Shown in pieces: positions 53,901 through 64,000 of a stretch of DNA of 64,000 nucleotides. The translations under genes were made by a program, and so were the position numbers. The notes under the pieces were generated by a model. It searched no databases. It was not told the DNA's origin and was given only the letters and a program-made list of their open reading frames with translations. Every line of letters starts with the position of its first letter. Within the stretch, counting starts at the first letter, position 1. This DNA comes from Octopus vulgaris (lineage: Eukaryota): assembly GCA_951406725.2 (NCBI GenBank), contig OX597828.1:5580001-5644000 (forward strand). Direction: 5' to 3'.

Positions 53901-55975
53901 GTCACGATCTGTCAAGATCTTGTTAGCAAAGTCTAATGTTAAACCATATATAACTATAGTTAATAGTACCTCTTAATTTCAACATATTTAATATTACATA
54001 GAGTATTTCAAGGATGCTCTCCATAAATGCATTTTGATTAGACGACGTCAGTCTTTCTATTCATGATACCGGGAGCATTTTATCCTAATATCTTATAAAT
54101 TGAATGACTTGATCAATGTTTCTGCCCTTGAAAAACCAAATTGTTCAGAATTCCGTTACTAAAATAATGAATATGTTTTGAAATTATAGAGAATGTTGTT
54201 TTAATATAAGTGTCCCTTGATCGTTTATCCAGGTTTCCAAGACGAATTATATATTCATTAATAAGAAAACTATGTTAGACAAGATCAACGAAGTAAATAT
54301 AGCAGTAAATAAAATCAGCAAGAAATCTCTTAATTCAATTATCTGTTGTCATTAACAAATTCGTAAATCCAGTAGGGTGTTGCAGCAATAAATTGTGAAC
54401 ACCATATACCCGAAATTGTAATCTCAGTGCAGCATGAGTAAGTGATACTGTGCATTCTAAGTTCAAATCACGTATGTATTATCATTGTCGTTCATGATTT
54501 CTTGCTCCATAAAATACAACCACTCTGGTATTTAGATTTGTAGGACTGAGACTGTGTCGAACCAGATTCCTTGCAGGTATTTGTTTCTGCCCTTTGCGTT
54601 CTATGTAAAATCTGGCCAGAGCTATACCACCACCAAAGCAATAACATTGCCAACACAATACGCTGAGTTGAAAAATGGTTTCTTTAGCTGGCATGCAGCC
54701 TTGCGAAGGAATAAAGGAACCATAAAACCATGTACACCAAAATTTTTATCCAACGCATATTATTAAAAATGGGTATGCTGAATAGGAATTCCAATGTACA
54801 TACGCATCTTTCTATCGATATTAATATTCTATGTCTAATAAAAAGTTATTTCTAAGAGGAGAATGAAGACACGTTCCCAAATGTACTTGTTACTATATAT
54901 TTTCTGTTGATGTGAACATATTCTATACATCATGCAATATATTCTATATTTTTTATGATCATAAATATATCTAACAATGTGTTCCATATCGAAAAGAATA
55001 CACTGTCACATGATGGTAATACATTTCATTTCGTTAATGTGGAGAGACACAATTTTTAGTAATTAGATGGGATAAGAATGCACTATAAAATTTGTTGTGG
55101 TAGGCTTATTAAATACGGTGGAAAGCATTCTAAATGGATTATAACTATAATGTGAATGTCATTGCTACTTTATACTTCCCATCATATAGGTGTTTTAAAA
55201 CTCGTTAAGGAAATAGTATTATTTTGAATGCACCGAATATAGGAAAAATCTAATCCTTTTTACATGTATCGAATTGGATTTCACTTTCAAAAGAACAATG
55301 TAAACAGCATGCCGCATGCATTTATATGAAACTATTTAGCTTAGTGGTGCATGATGTCGTTTCCTTGCTGGCAGTAAAATATAGGATTTTTATTCAATAT
55401 GGTTGAGAGATTTAGCTTACCCAAGCATATATAAAATAGAAAGTATGAATATGGTATTACTTTTACACTTGTCTTGGCAAATATAATCAAGGATTTGAAA
55501 ACATAAATTTAGAAAGATTCTATTGAAAATTCTGTCTATATTTTATGTCTGAAATTGTATAAGAAAAATGTAATGTACAATACACAGTTCATCTTAATGA
55601 ATGAAAATATGTTGTTTGAAAAATACTAGACATATTTTAACAAGAAATTCTATGAAGGTTTAGAAATAATTTCTATGCAGAATAATGCTGGCTTCTTTTA
55701 CTCCTAAAACGCTTATTCGATTCTAAAAGCATTAATTAAGTTTAAATTAATTCATATTTCTTAATAGAAAGCTTACTGACAATTCGAATATTATTTACGT
55801 TTCTTTGTGCAAAAACCTAGTTAAATCTTATTTAATCTAAATTTATATTCTATTATTTATTCATCCATATCCCTTTCGTAAATACACACAGGCACGCACG
55901 TAAACACTCACACACATATAAGCACATTTATACATATTCATATGCTCATATAGGATATCTTTATATGCATAGAAC

Positions 55976-56065
<90 letters not shown>
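55976..56065. repeat. (TA)n microsatellite
   Basis: Direct inspection. Confidence 0.95.
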
Positions 56066-56224
56066 CGTATATGCTCGTGTGTACATGTGTGCAGCATATG
56101 TATGTGAGTTTTTGAAGTTCAATGACTCTTGTATTATCTTAAACTAAATATTGAATTAAGTATGTAATGCAAAGCAATAAAGCAATCACTTTTCCAGCGA
56201 CAGAAGAAATGCAGACGGCATTGT

Positions 56225-56630
56225 AGTAACATCGGTTTCAAATTTTGGCACAGTGCCAAACAATTCGGCAGAGGGTGTAAATCGATTACATCGACTCCAG
56301 GGCTCTTCTGGTGCTTAATTTCTGGACTTGAAAGGATGGACGTAGTGAATGATAAAATACCACTGCGCATCTTGTCCGATGCAGTAATGATTCCGCCAGC
56401 TCACCGCTTTTGGCATTGTAGTAATATTAATACCGATAACAACGTGGTGATGACAGAGTCGTTGGCACGCCGGGAAAAACGGCTTAGCAGCATTTCGTCT
56501 GTCATAACGTTCTGAGTTCAAATTCTGCTGGGGTCACCTTTCATCATTTCGAGCTCGATAAACTAAGTACCAGTCAAGCACTAGTGTCGGTGTAACCAAC
56601 ATTTCAGGTCTGGTGCCTATATAGAAGGGA
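56225..56630. mobile_element. two decayed family B SINEs in divergent orientation
   Basis: 56225-56408 minus strand (TTCCGCCAGCTCACCGC) and 56443-56630 plus strand (CGTTCTGAGTTCAAATTCTG..CGATAAACTAAGTACCAG). Confidence 0.65.
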
Positions 56631-57385
56631 ATTTTACTAACGATAATATCATTAAAGGCGTACATCATTCCCTCCCACCAAACAACCGACATTCATGTCC
56701 ATATTTAGTATGTTTCAATAGTCTAATATCTTTGAGAAGTTTGTGAGGTCATTCTGTCAGTTTAGTTTAATAGCTATGTTTCTGGGACAGTCAAAATATG
56801 AAGCCTAAAATCATTTTTTTTTCCAAAATATATGTACCAGACTAGACACAAGATTCCGGATAAACCAACAAAAACTTATTAAATTCAGCAGAAAGAGAGG
56901 CCCTTATGTGAATGCGGTTCATGATTTTCCTCATTACACATCAGTGTAATTTTCATTATGTTGGTTTGAAATGTTGGCATACGACTAGAAATTTGTAGAG
57001 ATGTGGCGAGTCGATTGCTTAGTTGCTATTATATTTTATTATCGACTACAAAGGGAAGAAAGGCAAAATCGACCTATGCAGAAGTTGAACTTAGAACATG
57101 AAGACGTACGAAATGACACTAAGCATATTGTCCGACATGTTAAAGATCTTATTAGCGCATTAACTTATTCGCTTTCATATGTTTTATACATTAACTCTTT
57201 ATTTGTAAAAAAAATTTTGGCAAATTCTATTGTAATTCTGTTGCTCTTACTCACCTTCTAAAAGCACCCAACTTCGACTGACACTTCAGTGACGTAAATT
57301 ATCGAACCGTCGAATATTTGTGTCATATCTTAGGCAATTTAGAGGAGGGACTCTACTTCTGAATTCGATTTTCCGTATATGTTAC

Positions 57386-57523
57386 CTCACAGGCTAAACA
57401 GACTTTTGTGTGGTGTTTCTTCGATGTTTTCCATAAATGACGCAACAGATGCAACCTCAACAAAATAGCAGTTCTTTTCAAAGTTTGACCGTATCTCTCT
57501 TGCTGGTAAAAACTTCGGTTCAC
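57386..57523 (-). CDS. candidate 138-nt phase-symmetric exon
   Basis: Minus-strand acceptor TTATTTATCTTTCCAG, donor GAG|GTAACA; open phase-0 frame VNRSFYQQERYGQTLKRTAILL..KVCLACE. Confidence 0.25.
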
Positions 57524-57644
57524 CTGGAAAGATAAATAATCCTGCAATAGAGTACAGACACAGTACCGCTCATCTCCATGAAAAATTATAAAGGTGTTGC
57601 CGTCATTAGTTAACATATTCCGGATCTGCCATAATGTTTTAATT

Positions 57645-57861
57645 CTTTTTTTTTATATATTTGTTTCATCCATTTGACTGTGACCATGCTGGAGTACCGT
57701 CTTTAGTCGAGCAAATCTACCCCAGGACTTATTCTTTGTAAGCCTAGTACTTATTCTATCGGTCTCTCTTGCCGAACCGGTAAGTTACGGGAACGCAAAC
57801 ACACCAGCATCGGTGGTCAAGCGATGTTGGGGAAAAACACAGACACACTAACATGTACATG

Positions 57862-57952
<91 letters not shown>

Positions 57953-58112
57953 GACGTGCTTCTTTCAGTTACCGTGTACCAAATTCACTCACAAGGGTTT
58001 GGTCGGCCCGTTGCTATAGTAGAAACACTTTCCCAAGACGCCAAGCAGTGTGACTGAACCTGGAACCAAATTGTTGGTAAGCAAGCTATTTACCACACAG
58101 CCACTCCTGCGC
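57645..58112 (-). mobile_element. SINE family A
   Basis: Homologous end to end with 39750-40160; internal (CA)n(TA)n. Confidence 0.88.
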
Positions 58113-60689
58113 TTATAACTATTACTTTTTCTTTACATGAAAACTAGAAAATCAGCGTTTCCCACAAATACATCACGTCTTGATATGCACAGTTTCCGAG
58201 ATTTACGATTAAAATTTCAGGTTATAATACCTCCGTCAGATTCTCACTATTATATGACTTATAGACATGAAGCAGGAGAGAAGACTGAATCTTATCTTGA
58301 TTATAGCCTTTCGAGCCTGAGTCCTAAGGAGTAGGACCGCGTTGGATCTTACTTAGGTACATCTGCACAGGCAGCAAAGATAAAACTTGTTAGACCACGA
58401 AGCCTCTGTTAGTTGTGCAGCGAAGACTACGAGTGATTGTGGCCAATTAACATCGAGTTAGAGACTTACGAACTGCTTCAAGATGCGCTGAAAAGATAAT
58501 GCATGCAGGACCCGAATATGATCAACGCCGTCAGGTAATTCAGCGAGAAACTTGCACTCGACCGTGTGCGAGAAGATATCATGAAGTGGTACATCACAAG
58601 AGAAGTAAAGAAGATGAGGTCATTACAGGGTAAAGCTGATGCAATTAAGGGAGCAGTGTTGAGTTAACAGACTACTGGCCACACACACACACACACGCAG
58701 ATATAACTTACTCTGGTCAACGAAAACAAATAAACAAATCATGGTTAGTTGTAACTGACGGCGATGATCACGTACACTCACCCAAGCCTCCACACCCAGA
58801 CACAGACACACACATACATATATCTTTGTATGTATGTATGCATGTATGTATGTGTTTATATATATATATGTGTGTGTGTATACACATGTGTACACTTACT
58901 GCGTAGATACACAAGAACACATGCATATATGTAAGTCAGTGTGAATGGTATACAAGGGAAGGAGAAGTAGTGCATACTTTTGTACTTGTGCATACATTTC
59001 GTTTACTTGGTGTTGATAATTAACTTTTTGTTTATTCCAGTAGTCAACTGTTACAAAGAATTGGTTTCAATGCATTCGTTGGATCGGCATCTACAATAAA
59101 ATGTATTAATACACAACAAAAGTCAAAACTGGAAACACCTCCATTATTTAATGGGATGAAGTGATTCCGGTAAACGTCGTTATATTGCCCGAGGTTCCCA
59201 GCCTATTTGAATTACGTAATAAATTAAGAATCTATGAAAGGGAAATGTACTTCATGAAAACATTTGAGTATAAAATAAGTTAAATGCACTTCAGTCGGAT
59301 ATTTACACAAAGAATACAACATACTTTTTTCCTTTTTTCCTCCTTGCCGACGGGTCATTTAGTCTTTTGATGAAGACGTTTCAGAAACACGGTGTCTGCC
59401 TGTCAATTTTAAACGAAGAAGAGTGATTTGAATCCGTCTTACAATTGGACATCGTGAACTTCTACTTAGGTTTAAATTTGATTAAATCTAATGACAAATT
59501 TCTTAACTTAATTTAAATAACATGCTTTTTAACCGAGTAACATTTTTGTCGTCTTGTGTAATGCTATCAAATACATGTAAGCGAAATATATGTTTTCTGT
59601 ATAACAAGAAAAAATTTTAGGTGCATAATTTGAAACAAAAGTAAACGTTTATAAGTTTTCGAGTGAAGTCGAACTCACTTTGCCGTCAAATTGCTTCACT
59701 TTGTAATCAAATTGTTGGAACGTTTCTTTTTCATTTAATATAGAATTTTAAATTAAATTCCATTTCTTGTGCAAGACGACAGGCTAAGACATGTTTATGT
59801 ATATTTTGCGTCAACTCAAAATCTAACCAAATGTATCCACTAAGTCTGGAACTGTGGTTTTATAGCTTTGATGCATCTGAGTCACTACGAGACCATAGCG
59901 TTTCCAGAAGCAAGATTTCCAACATCCAGCACTGCCTGCGCTGTGTTTCCACTTAAAGTGAAGTGAATTGAAAGAAAATAAAATAAATGCGAAAATAATT
60001 TGTGAGGAACAAGTGTGTAGAGCTATACTCGATTATAAGCGGATCATGGTCCCATAAACTGACGGCTTAATCTGCAGCAGCTTCACACTCACACGTACGG
60101 ACACACAAAGAAAGATTCACAGCTTTTTCCTTTAACATCAAAATAAAATCAAGGTAAGTACTAAGATTTTATTTTTGCATATTAATATATTGTGTGTTCT
60201 TTTATATTTTAGCTAACAATAAAAATAATGTCGTGTGGTATAAGATCTCGTTTACCTCTCAGGAAATAGAATATTGAGATTACATAGAGCTTAACGATTA
60301 ATATGCTTTGAAAGCATTACCCGTTTCTCCACCTTTGAGTAATATTCGAAGCATATGATGTATGCGTTTTCAAAATTGCTTACTTTGTTAAAGTCTATAA
60401 ACCTGGCATTCAATTGAATCTATAAATTTCAGATTTTCTATCGAGGCGCTTATATTCCTTTATTTTGTCTGAGAGTACAGAAGAAATGGCCAAAGTATTT
60501 TCGACATATTTTGTTTAATACCACATATAAACGTGTCTTCAGTCAGTACGGTGAATATCACAGATCAGTTGATTTTCAGAGTAGGTGTTTGGTTTGGTAC
60601 AGATATAGATCATACTGCAAATGATCGATTGTGTTTGTTAAATATGTATGAGATTGAATGCGTATGTGTTGCCTTTTAAAAATACGTAA

Positions 60690-61052
60690 TCTCTCTATAT
60701 ATAAACGGCAAAATGTCTGCGTGCGTGTCCTATATACAAGTCCACAATTTTTCAGTTAGAGGGCTCGTACTTTCTATGGTCATTCAAAACCGTCCAAGGG
60801 TGGTCGTGCACATCTTTACATTTCCCCAGTCACCCCGCAAAGCCATTAAAAATCAATAGAAGTGACTTTTTTGTGAATTTTCTATCCAAAACCCAATCAA
60901 AATGCCTGAAACATGATACGCCAATTGAATGCTAGCTAGCTGTATGTGATTGGTCGGAGATTTGGACAGTACTCGCGTGTATGTGCGCACGCACGCAGCT
61001 GTATATGCATGCACTAGCACTATGACCCGGTGTTGCCGGGCCATAGTGCTAG
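60690..61052 (+). mobile_element. non-autonomous Helitron (363 bp)
   Basis: A|TCTCTCTATATATAAACGGCA 5' end; hairpin CCCGG-TGTTG-CCGGG; 3' CTAG (next base is C rather than T). Confidence 0.8.
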
Positions 61053-63547
61053 CATATTATTAAAGTTTCAGCAACATAGATTACTTTCTTGCATATATTT
61101 TATGACCAACTGTGATTTACAAAAGATAAGATGCATTTGGTGATAGTTTTCATTACTTGTGTCTTGTAATGATGTAACTTAATAACAGGGAATATATTAG
61201 CTTTCTATAGACCAATTATATAGCATGGTAGATGACGGTATAATTTCAATATTTTGAAGTAGATGGTGGAATGGGATATTTTCGTATATTCCGCTCAAGC
61301 AATGTAGAATGTTTGTCGGAGACTGTACTGCGATTTTGGAGGCAAGTATGAATTTGAAGTTTTAATAAACAGATCACCACACATGTTAAATTTCTATCTT
61401 CCGTATATTAGTATATATATATGTTGGTATCATTTTCGAAATTTCACGAGTGAAACGTATTTATTGCTGAAGGAAGATCGTATTTATGGTAATTAATGAG
61501 TCAGTGAAGCTATTTACAAAAAATTTTTAAAATCGATAATTCAAATCATACGAGTAGATGGGAACTTAAAACCACTACTGGTATTTATAACCTAAACGGA
61601 AACTAAGTTATTAGTAGGCATTTTGCATTGAAAACCTTGCATTAAGAAGAAGCTAAATCTAAAACTTTTCCTTCAGATTATTCAATGATACATGTGTAAG
61701 AACGGGCAATGCCGGTAATGCATTTTCCAGATAATACTATTCCTTACACTAAATTCATCCGGGGTAGAATTAAAAGACTTCCAAAATCTTAAGAGGACAC
61801 ACACAAAGATCAAGTTTGATATAAGCTGTGTTGTTATCCAGTTGTAGAACTTTCAACTATTCACCCTGTTGATTCATTGCGATGCTGGATTTTGTAATGA
61901 GACTTCATAATAATGAAACATTGTGACTATACTTTGACAATTCTACATTACCTTATGCAATCAAAGCATCAAGAAAATAAGAGAATTTAACAAAAACTGA
62001 ATGCTAATTCATCACAACTCTTCGAACCGATTCAGGCGCGGAGGAGTTCCCAAGAACGATAGAACTGAGTGTGAATAACGGAGCGGGCGAAAGTATAATA
62101 GTTGAAATTATTAGAGCTTGAAAAACACGAAAAGCAAATGATCTCTGTAATCGAGAAATAGGCTATGGCCTTTACCAGTTGAAAACGACGAATTCAAAAA
62201 TGAACATTCCAACACCTGGTACGTTACAGAAGGAAGCCACCTGTCATTGAAATGATACGAGTATAAAAGAAGGGGACCGGAAATTAAAGTAGAATATTTT
62301 ATATAATAATATGTCAGCAACGGTCTTCTTGTACATTCGTAATGAAGCAGTTGTATTATTGTTTTCTTGGCTGACCATTGTTTTTCTATAACTTCCTCGC
62401 ATATTAACAGATTTCTATATGTATCCTCAGTGATACGATCGGTTTTGACTGTTAAAATCATGCCTCATAGCAGATATCCGTATACTGGCTTTCTAAAGTA
62501 ATATACATAGTTAAAACCCGAATGGAAGCACATTTGCTAGGATACAACAACTGAATAAGCAGACCGAATGCAGATATAAGCAGCATATGGGAATCTGTAT
62601 TAAGGAAGGACAGAAAAATATTAGATTTATAAGCCCTAAAATTCATTCCATAATTATAACCTGTAAAAATACGCAATAGCCTAAAGTGAAAACTAAGAAA
62701 GATTGAAAGAGAAAATGTAAATGTTTTGATTAAAATAGGTATTGCTCGCTTTATTTGTACTGCTGACAGTGTGCGACGGTTTAACGTTGCTGCTATTAGG
62801 CTGATCTTATGCATGGAAAAATGCTAGCATGAAAAGTCATATTCTTGAGATTATAAACCTGGAAAAGTAGAGGAAATGTTATTAATGGTAGGGATTATTA
62901 CCATGTTGTTTGTTGCACCATGGCTCACCAAAAGTTACAGAGAATAAGACACCAAAACCATCAGTTGCCATGCTCAACTTAAGTAACCTAATTTTGCAAT
63001 ATTAGGAGGTTACAGCAATTCATTCAACGAAAACAAAAAAAATCCAAAGATTCCGGGATTTGCGGGTTGGGGTGGGTGGGGAATCCCCACCTCATTTTTT
63101 CCGAATTAAAATAAGGGATTTGCAGCATATTAGGAGGTCAAGGTACTTGATTCCACAAAAAAAAATCAGTTTTCTTTCTAAGCGAAAATCTTGCGGGCGT
63201 TAATATAGAAATTGACCATAATGTTATTTAGCCTCAAATCAGCCCTGATACTGCAAACGTATCATCAAAGATATTCCAGCTTTCAGCAAACCGTCTTTTT
63301 AGGGGTAATCTAGGATATTACATACAATGGTCGTGCGATTTAGGTAGGGGGATACTTTGGCAGATAATTTTAGCGTGTCGAGCGACCAGGTAGGGGTTCT
63401 TTCATTGGTTCGATTGCGTAATGAGATCCTTTTACATATATATGTAATATGTAATATGTATATATATCATACTAAGTCAAAAGCTGAGAGTTTTGTGTAT
63501 TGGCACTTATCAAACAGGAATTTGTCCATTGTCATTCTGTAACTTCT

Positions 63548-63850
63548 GATGAAATAACTTCTAAAATATAAAGTGGTGTCAAAAACATTGAGAGTAAAGC
63601 CTGTTCTATGTTACACATTCTAACAGTTTCGGAAGTTTGGAAGTATTTAGTTAAAAACAGGAAATGCAAAGTATTTAGTTAAAAACAGGAAATGCAAAGT
63701 CGACTTTGGCGGAATTTGAACTCAGAACGTAAAGACAGATGAAATACCACTTCTAAAATACGACATTTTGTCAAAAACGTTAAGAATAAACCCTATTCCA
63801 AGCGACACATTCTACCAGCATCGGAAGTTTGAAAGTGTTTAGTTAAAAAA
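63548..63850. repeat. diverged ~100-bp direct duplication (period ~192) plus exact 28-bp tandem duplication, interleaved with a family B SINE fragment
   Basis: ACTTCTAAAATA..TGTCAAAAAC..ACACATTCTA..TCGGAAGTTTG..TTTAGTTAAAAA at 63557 and 63749; AAGTATTTAGTTAAAAACAGGAAATGCA at 63641 and 63669. Confidence 0.85.
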
Positions 63851-64000
63851 AAATTAATCAACTAGTCTGTACTCAAAACTTAACGACAAACGAAGTACCG
63901 TTAAGCATTTCGCCGCCTTAGAATGCAGCCATTCCTTTTAGAAATATATTCTTTATTTCTATTGCTTAAGCATTAATTCTTACTTTTTTTAATTATTGAC

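Noticed and set aside
59360-59400. TTGATGA...GAAACACGGTGTC hammerhead-like string
   Set aside because: Core C is missing and stems I and II do not pair.

Overview
AT-rich eukaryotic genomic DNA with dense microsatellites and no recognisable intact host gene. The SINE families and microsatellite load suggest an octopus or related cephalopod genome (inference). The window is mostly transposon-derived. Its main structure is a head-to-tail cluster of three R4/Dong-type RLE non-LTR retrotransposons (7.7-18.2 kb); the first two are bounded by (AAT)n tracts, and two more RLE fragments lie elsewhere. Also present: a full-length IR-DR Tc1 (DD34E), mariner, DD41D and DD37D-like remnants, a pogo-like MITE, two non-autonomous Helitrons, RTE and CR1-like relics, three tRNA-derived SINE families, and a short element carrying a minimal hammerhead ribozyme. 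Most ORFs in the track are microsatellite artefacts. Only a few weak candidate host exons were seen. The best leads are the TAA-associated R4/Dong array, a covarying 3'-UTR stem-loop shared by two divergent R4/Dong copies, and the hammerhead. All alignments and folds were done by eye, so boundaries are approximate unless a TIR or TSD is quoted.
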